DNA from: Eledone cirrhosa
Taxonomy: Eukaryota
Length of the DNA stretch: 64,000 nucleotides
Assembly (NCBI GenBank): GCA_964016885.1
Contig: OZ024743.1
Location: forward strand, 153,636,001 to 153,700,000
Direction of reading: 5' to 3'
This document shows positions 26,159 to 39,399 of the stretch, one piece after another. The stretch's first letter is position 1, and each line of letters begins with the position of its first letter. Below the pieces are notes generated by a model, which worked only from the letters and a program-made list of their open reading frames with translations, was not told where the DNA came from and made no database searches. Both the position numbers and the translations under genes were made by a program.

Positions 26159-27289
26159 CACACTTGAACAAACATGCACACACAAATATATACACACGTG
26201 TGTGTGTGTATGGGGGGGGGGGTTGGCGTGCTCTCTTGTTTCTCACTCACTTTCTATACTGCTAAAGGTTTTCTTTCATTATTCCTCTTTCTTATTCTCT
26301 TTTTTCCTTTGATTAATCATTTTCATAACTCACAGTTTGTGTCCTGTAGCCATACTTCATATGATGTTCACAAATACCAATAACACTGCATTTGGTTTGT
26401 TTTCATTCCCCTTCCTATTCCATCTATAATAAGCACTGCATGATAGTACTGAAGTGTTAAGAAAACATCATTTAAAATGACAGTTTTTGTATAGAAATAC
26501 CACATAAGATAATATTATAGAGAAATGGTGGTGGGTTGTTAGAATCAGTAGCATATAGGATAAAATATAACACGGTATTTTCATTTTTGAGTTCAACTTC
26601 TGCCAGGGTCAAATTTGCATTTCAAAAACATTGATGGAACAGTCATGATTTGTTATTGATATAATCAACCATACATTCCTTTAAATCCAAGCCAGTGTAC
26701 CTATCATAGAACTCAATATGATACAGAAATATCATAGGATGCTGTGGGGAGATGAAATAAATATTGTGTCTTAGTTATAGTTTTGCTGCACCCTTAGTTT
26801 ATAATCTAGGTCTGCTTAACACAATGTGCCCAAATTTAGTAAAGTGTAATTTGAAAAATAATTAGCATTCATTTTTAACAAGATAGAAAATTGTATAGAG
26901 GCTTCCTCATTAATCTAGTTACTTCCTAATTGGTGTTGTTTAGATTCAGGCCAGCAGGAAAGAACTGATAACGCATACTCATGATCAAAGGCATTTCAGT
27001 TATGACCATCTTGTAATTTTAGAAAATCAAGGAGTACATTATCTGATATCTTATTCTCTTGTTTAAGATGCTAGAATATGTTCTAACAGGAGTAATTGCT
27101 TAGAAATTCCGTCATTGGGCCATTTGCAATGCGTTTATGTTTTCACTTTTTGCATGTGATAAAGTTTTTAACCGTTTTAAAAGCAACCTGCCCAAAACTG
27201 CCTGTGCTTATATGAAACAAAACTATGCATTTTAAAAGAGTCTTCTTTCGCCACTTATTTCCAGCAGGTCCTGTCAGAAGCAACTATCT

Positions 27290-27950
27290 TCAACAGATGC
27301 AGCTGGATCTCAAAGCGAGACCAGCCAAGCTCATGGATGTTATTCAACTATCTCACTCAGGGCCTAACCCTGAATCTCCTGGCAGTCGGTTTTGCCCGTA
27401 AAATCTGTCCAGTGGTTCTTTATTGAGACATTGTAAGCACATGCCCATAATATCGGAGCTGTGATCTTTCAATTTGGAGAAGTAGTTGCTTTACCTGGAG
27501 TGACTCGCTGATCTTTGAGCTATGCACTCTATCAATTAACGTTACTCCAAAGACCAAATGGCAGAACCCCATTTTGGTTAGTTTTATTTGCTATCATATT
27601 CTTTCAGCCATTTACTAAGATTGATAACCATAGGGAAGGGTTTGCCTGAATACCAAATTGAATAAAGCAAGTTTGGCTTTTACGCCTACCTCACTTTTTC
27701 TGATTATCAAATTTTTGCAATTCGTGCAATTCGTGCAATTCTTGCACTTAATTCAGCCTTTGGCATTCCATCAGTCAAGAATACAGCCCTAAGATAATTG
27801 TATTTTTCCACCTTCTTCAGTGGAACTCCATTCACATGTAGAGTGTACTATGTAGGCTTCCTTGAGAGGATGAGTGTCTCTGTTTTCGTAGCACTGATTT
27901 TCATTCCAGGCCTGCAGCACTTGGCATCAAACCTATCAAGAGCAAATCAG
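27290..27950 (-). mobile_element. Degenerate RTE LINE 3' part (second family)
   Basis: Reverse-complement homology to 21290-21960. Confidence 0.75.
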
Positions 27951-27954
27951 AGAA

Positions 27955-28790
27955 ATGTGTCTGTGATGTTAACGTAGTACGCGCCCTCACTGATGCTGAA
28001 AAGAAGGTAGCAGGGAAATGTTACAATGAAGGACTGCTAAAGGAGGAGAATGAATGGGAGGAAGATAGTTTGCCCCCAGTTGACCCAACAGTGGGACTGG
28101 CTGTGCAATCTCTAACAGTAGTATAGTAAGTAAGGCAATGGACGATATGAAGACAGGCAAGGCAGCTACACTTATGGGGATAGTTGCCGAGATGCTGAAA
28201 GCATCTGGGATGATGGGTTACGACAGGGCCACCCATATTGTAAATCTAGTAGAACAAAAACGATGTCACACCCAATGATTGGCGTAGCAGCATCATTGTC
28301 AGCTGCTACAATGGCAAAGGAGATACTCTAGACAGAGAAAACTATGAGGCATGAAGTTGGTTCACCAGGTTATAAAGGTCACAGAAAGAGTTATAACACA
28401 GCTGATTAGGGATGAGGTTAACATAGGGTGAGTTGCAGTTTGGACTTGCACCAGGTAAAATTACAACAGATGCTCTCTTCCTTGTGAGGCAACAGTAGAA
28501 GAAGTACCTAGCTAAAAGTAAATCCCTTTACTTAGCTTTTGTTGACCTGGAGAAAGTTTTTGACAGAGTCCCCCATTCCATTATCTGGGGGGCTCTTAGA
28601 AAACTAGGAGTAGATGAGTGGCTTGTGAAGGCTGTGAAAGCCATGTATAGAGGAACAGTCTGCAGAGCTAGAAATAACAATGACTATAGTGAATAATTTA
28701 GCTTGCGGTTCGGTGTCCATCAGGACTCACTTCTTAGCCTACTCCTGTTTATTAACGTCCTGCAGGCTATATCAGAAGAGTTTAAGAATG
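27955..28790 (+). mobile_element. RTE LINE RT fragment
   Basis: ENEWEEDSLPPVDP, YLAFVDLEK, GVHQ..LS.LLF; homologous to 11553-12450. Confidence 0.85.
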
Positions 28791-29058
28791 AGATATACAG
28801 AGATAATTTAATATTACTTAAAACACATGGCGACTAAGTTTCACTTCGTATGTACTCAGAGTTTCATGATTGTATTCTGCATGAGGACGATTCATCAGAA
28901 CTACACAAAAGCAAGAGTCTTTTTTCAAGTACAAACATGCACATATAGCACACATGTACACTCATACCTATAATCTAATAGATTTAAGTAGTAATTGGGC
29001 AAGTTTAACATCGGAAATTGATTTGCTTTTATTATGAAATGTTACCACAATTTATATA

Positions 29059-29235
29059 ATTGTTTCTACTTTTGGCACAAGGCCAGCAATTATCCCAGTG
29101 CATTACTGGTACTTTATTTTATCGACCCCGTAAGGATGAAAGGCAAAGTTAACCTCGGCGGGATTTGAACTCAGATCATAAAGGGAGGTAACTCTATGCT
29201 TCAAAGCATGGCGTCCGACCCTTACCGATACTGCA
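29059..29235 (-). mobile_element. Meta-domain tRNA SINE
   Basis: Reverse complement of the 5786-5963 family. Confidence 0.85.
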
Positions 29236-29509
29236 ATAACTCTAAAATATATGAATAAATCAGGTTAATTGCACTTACAGATGGAAAGAAAATCGACTTT
29301 GGTGTAACAGTTATTGCAGCCATCTAGCATATGGCAAATGCATGGTCCAATTCCTATGGACATTTCTATCTATCTTTTTCCATCACTGTGATTGTGTGCA
29401 CAATCATGGGCATGTGTGTATTTACATGTGAATTTGGAAAAATACTGTTTATTTTGAGTATTTCTGATGAATCTTCCTCTCGCAATTCCCCAGTATAGAG
29501 ATAATTAAT

Positions 29510-29580
29510 TGTTTCTACTCAAGGCACAAGGCCAGCAATTACCCAGTGCATTACTGGTACTTTATTTTATCGACCCTGTA
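29510..29580 (-). mobile_element. 5'-truncated Meta SINE with TSD AGAGATAATTAAT
   Basis: TSD at 29497-29509 and 29581-29593. Confidence 0.8.
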
Positions 29581-29728
29581 AGAGATAATTAATAAAGAAT
29601 CATTTGATATGCTTTCCACTGGACTGGCATATTCCAATTTTGTATTAAATAGACTGTCCTAATATTTAGGGCTCATGCATATAGTCTGTTTGAATAAAAT
29701 AAGGAGCATGTTAAAGTTTACATAGTTA

Positions 29729-30720
29729 CTAGCCAAATTACCCGCGCCTTGCTGCGTTTCACACATTTTCTTTTTGTAAGAAAATGATGATTGATTTTAA
29801 ATCTGTGATATAATTTATGGAGAAAAACTCTGCATTTAAATATTTCTGAATGTAAAATGTAATGCATGAAAAATTGGAAAACATTATTTTTTGTAATATA
29901 TCAAATCAAAATTACATTATTAAATCTTATTCTTATTTTGTTTCTTATAAATAACTTTTTTCAAAATATCAATTCAAAACTTGATCATTTCATGTTTGTG
30001 TAAAGCATTATTTTCAAATTAGAAATTAAAAGTTTAATTATTTATTTTTTAACATAGATGAAAATATATTTCATACTTTGTCCTAATAAAGAACTTTCTT
30101 TGATTGACTAAAATGTAGAGATTTTTTGAATTTCCAGTCCTTGAAAGAGCCACATAAAACATGCCATGACTGAAACATGGGTTTGTCAGATCTATACCAA
30201 TAGTTTTGAAAGATTGACCTTGACTCTTATTGATGCTCATGGCAAAGCATGGCCTCACTGGGAACTGCAGCCTCTTAAATGTAAAAGACAACTCGCTATC
30301 ACTTGGTATAAGTGGAATCCTCGGAATGAGAAGAGCTGAATATGATGGTTGCTTCAATCAAGTTCTCATGCAATCTTGTTACAACAAATCTTGTTACATT
30401 TACTGGCCAAAATTTTCACTATAGGGGGTTTAACCCCCATTAGGGTGTCTTAATATTATTGAAAGTTGCTGAGATTTTGTGAGGCATCATATCGTATCAT
30501 TTACCTATGGTTTAAATTTCATAAAAATCGAAGAGAAACAATTTCACAGCGGGGGTTTGTGCCTCCGGAGAACACTTTGATTAAAATGAAATATACTTCT
30601 CCAAGTACCCTGGGCAATGTAGTTTCAGAATATATATGGTCATGGGTGTTTATCTCCAAAACCATAGGAGGAGTTCGTGAACAAACAAACAGACAGGAAC
30701 TACAACTTTATATATATAGA
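29729..30720 (-). mobile_element. Internally deleted Helitron retaining the Pif1-like helicase C-terminus
   Basis: ORF 30049-30357 [43 protein letters not shown]; 5' TCTATATATATAAAG, 3' GC hairpin plus CTAG, A|T target. Confidence 0.92.
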
Positions 30721-31779
30721 TTACATTTATAGAAGCTTTAATTTGCCTCACAGTATCATCAGCAAGCAATTAATTTTGTAGGTCTTAGATCACAGTGCCC
30801 GGTTTAAACTAACAAAAGAAAAGAAGTTCAACAATGCTATCAGTAATCAAGATGTTAAATGATGGAAATGACATCGATATATTTAGTATCAGTCCTCACT
30901 GTAGTCTACTCTCATAATAAATCGCATGAGTGTGCAAGATCATCTTCAGTGCCTCAGTTATGATCCTTCTATCCAGAATAGACCATTAAAACTGCAATAG
31001 TTCAAGTGTACCAAAAAAGTACAGCTAAACCATTGAAATAATCTATGTTGCAAATGATGAGACATTGCATTGTTGCAGTGTATTTCTGTTATCAGTATTA
31101 TTACGTGTGCTAAACAAAACGTTCAGCAAGAATAGCTGAACATTTCAGTTGACCTATTTTAGTTTAGAGTTTTTATTCAGACACTGCAATCTCTATGTAT
31201 GAAATAGTTTCTGGAGTCAGAATTTCTAGTAATTAGTTCTGTCTTATATAATGGAAAAAACATATTAAATCCCTGCTTGTACAACCATTTTCCTGATATA
31301 AATCTCAATAACTCATATTAGAAATTACAGATAATGGTTTTAGTCAAATTGTATTAGATGGCAATGAAGATAAACAATTGATGTAATATAAACTCACTGA
31401 TTTTTTTAACGTATTTTTTATATGCCTTTTATGACAAAAAACGTAATCCACACAAGTATACATTATACTCAATATACGCATTTGCAAGTGTGAATACATA
31501 TATACATTTTAACAAAAAAAAAGAAGATACAAACGTTGACATACTTATGTATGACAAATAATAATAAATACATACAAACATATTAGTATGTGTAGAATCT
31601 GAAGCATACTTATATATGTTCACACATAAACAGGCCCACATATATATATGTTATTGTATACTTTTAAACAGAAATAATTCATATTTTCTTGTGAAAATAT
31701 TGGTGTCAGCCTGTATATAATTGAATATAGATCATCTATAGAAAAAGTGCTGTAGAAAAAAAGCACAATAGATCATCTA

Positions 31780-33632
31780 ACCATATCAAGTGGGTGGCAA
31801 AAGAGGCACTGTTTGAATATGAACAGTGTATAGCAAAGAAACCTGATGGCAATGTGTATGTTCAAATCAGCGATCTCACTCTCCATTTGGTCCTCTTCTC
31901 AATTCCCACACAGGCCAAATTACTGATGATCCCAAAGAATTCGCAGAAATCATTGCAGGCATTTTTACTGCTGAAAATCGAAATGTACCATCACCACCTC
32001 TGACATCAAATTGTATAACAACTATGGAATTTCCACCTGCAATGCAGTGATGCCACCTTAAGAATAAGCGCAACTATGCCCCTTCTGGTCTTGATGGTGT
32101 TACGTACCTGCTTCTCAAACGTGGTGGGTACTTTCTGCTGCACCAACTTTCATTCTTCTTTCAATTATAACTTAACAACAGTGTTACCCCAGAGCAGTGG
32201 AAAACTGCCAGTGTCATTCCTCTGTTCAAAAAGGGAGATTACATGTTACCTGTCAACTATAAACCAGTCAGTCTTACTAGCTGCATTGACAAACTGATGG
32301 AGTTCTGTGTCAGAGAAACACTCTGGAACTCTCACAGCCTTATCCAACCCTTGGAATTTGGATTTATCTCTAACTCTAGCTGATGTGATCAACTAATCGA
32401 GTTTCTTGAAGACATTAGCCAAATCATTGATGGGAACTGATGGTAGCTTTTAATTCTGTGCCACACAAAAGACTTATGGCAACATTTTCTGCAATATGTG
32501 TGAGAGATGATCTTTATAACTAGTTGAAGTCCTTCATTCAGAAATATGTATTCACAATTCTAGAAAAGCATTCTTCACCCTATGAGATGTCATCTGGTGT
32601 ACCATGTGGATCTGATCTGGTCCTCTTTTGCTTGTTGCATATATTAATGACATAGATACCAATTTAAAGAAGGTGACAGTGCTGAAATATGCAGATGATA
32701 TAAAACTGTACCTTGAGATAAAAAGGACAGATCCTGTACACTGTAGATCTTTCCTGCAATCAGACCTGGACACAATGCAACAACAGATTACAGACGGCCA
32801 ACTCAAGCTGGCTGTGGGCAAATGTACCATCCTGCATTTTCATAGTACCTCTGCAACACCAATTAGGAATGTGACCATGGCATTATCGTCAACAGCGATT
32901 TGCTTTGGACAAAATATATCTCTAAAATTGTCAAGAAGGCCGAGGGTGTCTTAGCATCCCTCGGTAAGACCTTTGTCAGCTGCTCTTCAGTTATCTATTT
33001 AAAGGTGTGTATAGATATGGTGTATCCACATTTAGAATTTCCATCGCCAATCTGGAATCCCTATCTTGCTCAGAATATTGATCTGGAAACTGTTCAGAGA
33101 GGAGCAATAAAACGAATACCGTCCATCAGTCGTCTACCATACTCTGAATGCCTTGATTCCCTGGGCATGGATACATTAAAGCTCCAGTATCTGGCAACTA
33201 ACTTGGTAGATACTTACAAGATTATTAACCATCTTTCCAACAACAACTCTGAGCACCTTTTTGAATTCCATATGAATTCCATATGTCTGACACCCATGGA
33301 CATGCTTACAAAATCAGAAAATAGTACAGCTCCCATGACTTTCTTCATGCTCAAAGTTGCTGAAGCATCGAACAAACTACCAGCATCGGTAGTTAGCTAT
33401 CAGGACACTGCATCCTTCAAAACATCCATGCTTCTCGAAATTCGTCAACAGTACATCTGATATTATTCCTCCATACACATGCATGAATGTGTGTGTATAT
33501 TACTGTGTGTATATCATGACTCCTACCCTGTTCACTTTCCTGACATTTGTACATTATTCCATGTACTACACAAGCACCTTTGATGAGTTTTAGTACACCT
33601 AATCATTATACACAACATTTTTCATTATTATA
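31780..33632 (+). mobile_element. Degenerate CR1-group LINE (RT and 3' end)
   Basis: NYKPVSLTS, YINDI..LKYADDIKLY, PHLEF.SPIWNPY, LETVQR motifs. Confidence 0.85.
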
Positions 33633-33647
33633 ATTTACTTACTCTGA

Positions 33648-33835
33648 GGGTGGTGAATTGGCAGTATTGGTAGAGGGTTGGATGCCATGCTTTCTATCAT
33701 AGTTACGTCCCTTTACGATCTGAGTTCAAATCCTGCCGAGGTTAACTTTGCCTTTCATCCTTACAAGGTCGATAAAATAAAGTACCAGTAATGTACTGGG
33801 TATTTGCTGGCCGTGTGCCAAAAGTAGAAACAATT
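33648..33835 (+). mobile_element. Meta-domain tRNA SINE with 15-bp TSD
   Basis: TSD ATTTACTTACTCTGA at 33633-33647 and 33836-33850. Confidence 0.9.
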
Positions 33836-34074
33836 ATTTACTTACTCTGACAGAGGCACATCAAGATACAGTAAACATAATTATCAACCCACATATGTGT
33901 GTGCTTGTATATGTATAATTTAACCTATGTTTACTCATGCTAGCATAGCTTGGATGGGTTATCACAGACTGAGTCAGTACTTAATTGGAATTAACGGTCT
34001 ACTAGATGGACCAAAGTTCACATCTCCCTTACATATGCACTGGTCATATGTATATGTATATATATATATTGTTA

Positions 34075-34936
34075 ATATCTTTGGGAGGTTCATGTTGCCA
34101 ATAAGAAACACATGCACCTGTTGCTTTCACTTCAATATTTTATAAATTTTATAAATATAAATTTTATAAATTTCCGGTTGGTTGGTTGGTTCCACAACCG
34201 GATGGTTGTTTATATATTGTCAAAGTTCTTTCGTCACACATTCTGTGACCTCTTCAGTGACTGAGGATTCTTTTCTTTGTTTTGTACCTCTCCTTTGTTC
34301 TGTCCTACGATTCTTGTTTTTGTGTGTGTTGTGTGCTTAGTTTACGTATGTGTTACATCCGTGTGTCTGTGTGTGTTTTTATTTGTTTATTTATTTGTTT
34401 ATTTACATGTTACTAGTTAGTTGTTTGTTCTATGTGTGTTTTCATTTTGTCCTTAATTATAAGTTGTGAAGTTGCTATTCCATTCATGTTTTCTATTTAA
34501 TTTTGGTTAGAGTTCATTTATATTTATTGCCTCTGTGATTTGTCTAAGCATTGCGTCTTTTCTGTGTGTAGATTCTATTTTTATCTCTATCTTCTCTAAT
34601 TTGCCCTTATGTTCTATTTTAGCATATTGGTGGAGTATTGATGAGTCTTTTCTATCTTGGAGTTCTCGCCAGTGCTCATTTAATCGTTCTCCTATGCTAG
34701 GAGCTGTCTCACCTATGTACATTATATTCTTATTTCTGCTTTCTGCATTGTCCCTCAGTACATTTTATGCTATATACTATGTTTCTAGTTTTACAGATTA
34801 TGCATTTCTTATCTATACAGGAAGGTCTTTGAAAAGGGTATGTATTTCTAATTAGTGTTTTTGTGGAGGTACCTGATCTTTCCACTATCTTAATATTTAG
34901 TTTAAATTTATCTAGGGCCCTTCTAAATTTGTAAGC

Positions 34937-34999
<63 letters not shown>

Positions 35000-35132
35000 G
35001 AATCTTGCTAAACTCTATAATAAATTGAAGTGAAAGCAACTGGAGCGTATGTTTCTTATTGTCCCAAAGTATAACAATATCGGTTTAAACACACGTTTTC
35101 AGATAAAGAATCTTGCTAAACAAATTCAGAAA

Positions 35133-35133
<1 letters not shown>
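34075..35133 (-). mobile_element. Penelope-like retroelement: RT/linker end, GIY-YIG, pLTR, and an inverted pLTR beyond (TA)n
   Basis: CIDKKCIIC..NIVYSIKC..YIGETAPSIGERLNEH; 34995-35133 is an inverted pLTR segment matching 7918-8045. Confidence 0.9.
34219..34261 (-). ncRNA. Minimal hammerhead ribozyme (Penelope pLTR)
   Basis: Same fold as 8626-8668. Confidence 0.75.
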
Positions 35134-35192
<59 letters not shown>

Positions 35193-35193
<1 letters not shown>

Positions 35194-35500
35194 ATGATAT
35201 CAAATAAATGGAAACTATATTTATAAAACCATATTTATTCTATTATATATATTTCAAGGGTACCAAAAAAACGTTGGTACGCTTTCATCAGATAAAATAC
35301 AAAGGTGTTTTATAAATTTTGACCAAAGTTTTTTTGAAATATATATAATAGAAAAAATATGGTTTTATAAATATAGTTTCCATTTATTTAATATCATTGA
35401 ATATTAACTCCAGAAAACTGTGGAGTGCTCTGAATCAGTTAGAAACATTTATATTTGTTGGATTTCCAACAAATTAAATATCCCTTCTACTTAGATATAT
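35193..35500. mobile_element. Fold-back TA-embedded HHR element (same family as 16582-17230)
   Basis: Inverted arms 35193-35256 and 35334-35398; downstream sequence homologous to 17143-17230. Confidence 0.8.
35236..35299 (-). ncRNA. Minimal hammerhead ribozyme
   Basis: UAUUUUAU CUGAUGA AAGcGUACCAA cguuuuu UUGGUACcCUU GAAA UAUAUA UA AUAGAAUA. Confidence 0.82.
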
Positions 35501-35585
35501 AATACCAAAGTATCGTCTTCCTGTCTTCCTCCGGTTGCAACGTTTTTTGAAATATCCAGTTCTGCGTTTACAGATTGACTTTGTT

Positions 35586-35636
35586 AGTTTCAGAAGATCC
35601 CGTTAAGGGTGAAAGCAGCGATTCTTTGCTTAAACT
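35586..35636 (+). ncRNA. Type I hammerhead ribozyme, core variant CAGAAGA
   Basis: AGUUU CAGAAGA uCCC guuaa GGGu GAAA GCAG cgauucu UUGC UU AAACU; AATAAA at 35651. Confidence 0.65.
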
Positions 35637-35742
35637 TTATTCTGTTATTTAATAAATATTTGCTCTACGGTTCTTATATATTTGATATATATTTATCCTT
35701 ATCGAGCCCTCTTTGGATTTTAGTCTTCAATTTTATTATCAT

Positions 35743-35830
<88 letters not shown>

Positions 35831-35927
35831 ATGTATAAACAAATTAAGATGATACATACAAACATATTAATACATGTATGGTCTGAAGCATACATATATA
35901 TGTACATACATAAACAAGCCCACTCAT

Positions 35928-37510
35928 ATCATCATCATCATCACGTTTTACTTCCGTTCTTCTTCCACGCTAACATGGGTTAGACAGGTTGTCCTGTTGT
36001 GGCAGTAGCCAGTCGGCTGACCATGCCTTGCTCATACGGGAATTGATTCTGGCTTGATTTCTACAGCTGGATGCCCTTCCTAACACCAACCTCATTTACA
36101 GTGAGTGGTGGGTGCTTTTTTTTCGTGGCGCCTACACGTCCACTTTACAGTGTAGACTGGGTGCTTTTTTTGCTGTGGCACCTCCACAACAACTTTGTAG
36201 TGGGAGGGTGTGGGGGAATATTGTCTATATGCTTCAGTTTTGTCTCGTACCCGTGGAGGGGGGGGGGGGGGGTCTTCTGTATTACTGCATGACGCCAGAG
36301 GTCACGGTCGTGTGTCACCACCTTTGAGAGGTGCAATTGAGTAAGGTCGGCTTTTATCACCTCATTTCAGGCCTTCTTGGGTCACCCCACTCCATGGTTT
36401 ACATCGACTTCTTGTGCTCTGCACCTTTTTATGCAGCTGTCTCCCTTCATACGCATCACATGTCCATACCAATGCAACTGCCTCTTCTGCACAGAGCATT
36501 TGATTCCTCTTATGCTCAGTCTTTCTCTCAATTCGTTTATGCTTTGCCGTTCGCATATATTATTATTACCCATCCATCGGAGCATGCAGGCTTCGTTTCT
36601 TTCTAATCTACGCAAGTCTTCTACATTCTTTTGCAGCTATCAGTGGCTGTAGCTCCCTGAACTTCATCTATCCCATTCTTACCCTAGTTATTGTACTTTC
36701 TGAACACCCACCTCCACTGCTAATTCGGTCACCTAGGTAGCAGAAGCTGTCTACTGTTTCTACAGAGCCCTCCCACTGTTTGGTGGTGCTTGTTTCCTGT
36801 GGCTGTGTGCTGCTTGCTGCCCCAGCACAGCTGCTACGTGTGAAGCCTACATTCTTAGTTAAGCTTCCTGAGATCCCAATACATCTCTTGTGTACCCATT
36901 GTTTGCATTTGGGCAGAGGATGGAGTTCCTACCTACACCTTTCCTACATACTAAGCAAGGCCATTTCCCTGAGGAGATCTGGGTTTTGTTTTCTCGTCTA
37001 CTTACAAGAACCTTAGTCTTTGTCAGGTTGACTTTGAGACCCTTTCTTTTTAGGCTCTGCTTCCATGTTTGAAATTTTTTCTCTAATTCTACCATAGATT
37101 CAGCTATAAGTGCGACGTCATCTGCATACAGGAGTTCCCATGGGCATCCGGTCTTAAACTCCTCCATTATTGCCTGCAAAACTATGATGAACAGGAGAGG
37201 GCTAAGAACAGAGGCCTGGTGGACACCGACCTGTCTGCTAAATTCCTCGCTATAGTCATTGTTAATCCTAACTTTATTGACTGCTCCCCTATACATGGCT
37301 TGTACAGCTTTCACAAGCCATTCATCTACTCCTAGTTTTCTAAGAGCCCACCAGATTATAGCACGGGGAACACTGTCAAAGGCTTTTCCAGATCGACGAA
37401 TGCTATGTAGAGTGGCTTACTTTTAGCTAGGTACTTTTCCTGTAACTGCCTCACAAGGAAGAGTGCATCAGTGGTGCCTTTTCCTGACACAAACCCGAAT
37501 TGCATCTCAT
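35928..37510 (-). mobile_element. 5'-truncated RTE LINE with extended 3' module and (ATG)n tail
   Basis: WELLYADDVAL, CLVCRKGVGRNSI, WYGHVMR, then 45-bp repeats and AGGAAGGGCATCCAGC. Confidence 0.9.
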
Positions 37511-38819
37511 ATATAAATATTTAAAACATTTAATACTTCATCATCTTTCATTCATGCTAGCATACAAAGATGGATGCATCTCACGCCCCTTCCAACCTAT
37601 GCCAACAGGGTAAAACAAAAACGGATTGTGTAAACTAGGCATGGTTTTCTGTCCAGCTTAGTCTCAGAGCATGACATCCTATTTACACAGGAGGATGTGG
37701 GAAATAAAAGTTTAATATATGATGGTGCACTCCACTACACACCACACTCTGACACAATGTTCCTGTCCCACCCATGCATACTAGCATGGAAAGCTGCAGA
37801 TGAACCAGCCTGCTCTCCCACAGTGCTGTTGCCATGACAAAGAATAACGAGTACTCCCTGTAAAGAACAGATCCATATGAGCAAAACATGGCCCCTCACA
37901 TGACTAACTTTATAACATGACAACACACCTAATCCATGCAAGCAGGAAAAAAAGACATTAAACAGTGATGATGATGATGATATATATATATAAACATATG
38001 GAGCTGGGCAGTAGGGTGTGTACAAACAAAATTTAGCCCTGATGATTTCCTTTGAATGAAACATTTCTAGTCATGTAGAAACCATTTCTATGTTAAATTT
38101 TGTGTTATACACTCTACTAATGTATTGAGTATCTTACTTACTGTGGTTATCCCTATTTGGAACCAGGACACACACACATATATATACTGTATATATATAA
38201 TTACTCAATGTGCTCTTACTATCAACAAACAGGCAGACCAAACGAAACCTTAGTAGAATTCCAGGATATAGGATACTCACAGATCATCACAGAGCATAAA
38301 TACATAAGTGTTGAATGAACGAATAAAATTCAAGCTGGAACAAATATTTTATTATACAATTACAAGTGTTTCATTAATGAAAAATAAAAATCAATAATAT
38401 TCTATACATTGTGTTCTCATATCGATTAATTTCTATTACACTCTTCGAGGATAAACACGAACGAAACTGTCCATAGACTAGAGAATAAAAGTTTATGATT
38501 AGTATCAGTAGGGGATACAATCATATTTATGTCTGATACATGGTCTAGTTGAAGGAGACCATTTTGTGAAATAAAATTAAAAGAGAACCTTAATACATAC
38601 AAAAAATTTAATTATAAAAATAAAAGGGAGATAATGTATAAATATCTTAGTATTAATAGACAATTATATTTATAACTAAATTAGGAGAACGAATACAAAT
38701 TGACCTACATAAACTCAAACATAAAAGAACACACATACATCAAAATATATATGCACACACATTGACAAACACACACACACACACATATATATATATATTA
38801 GAAACTATATTAAAAATAT

Positions 38820-39340
38820 CCAAAGTTGCCAGAGCATTCAGTTAGTAGGATGTTAGTAGGATGTGTTGATGATGAATTAAATCAAATCACTACAACAATT
38901 AAATAAAATGAATATGCGCATTTCTTTAGCATATTGAAATATATCAACTTTGCTGTTTGCCATATTATACTGGATTGGCTTCCAGAATAACTTCTTTCAT
39001 ATAACAGTTCTAGGGAAGAACGGAAGGTAATTAGGTGGATTTATTAGAGGGTCTGTATTTTCTAGAGTTTCTACTTAGTGTGTTCTGAACAGGATTAGCA
39101 TGTTTGTGGAAGGAAATGTTTGTGACTAGGTTAAGAAGATCAGGCATGAAAGATGTCAACTCATTTATCTTGGGTGGGGAGCTTCGTTGAAAGTCAGATG
39201 TTTCACCAGATCTAATTTTTGAAGAAGGAACTTTGAATAAGTCTGTGTAGAACGTGAAGGAATATTTTTCAGAGAGTAATCAATCTCTTATAGGTCCCTT
39301 ATGAATGGTTAGTATTCTCGTATGGGGTACTAAGATATAT
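38820..39340 (-). mobile_element. Degenerate Penelope-like (probably Naiad-type) ORF N-terminal remnant
   Basis: Minus translation INELTSFMPDLLNLVTNISFHKHANPVQNTL resembles the pre-RT region of Naiad-type PLEs; recognised by eye only. Confidence 0.4.
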
Positions 39341-39399
39341 AGAGCACTCAACAGTTTGAAGCTCAAACACCGACCCTCCGGGGCAATGCTGTGAGCATT

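Noticed and set aside
29270-30860. Possible host exons after AG acceptors at ~29280 and ~30781
   Set aside because: Short frames with no recognisable protein similarity; needs RNA-seq.
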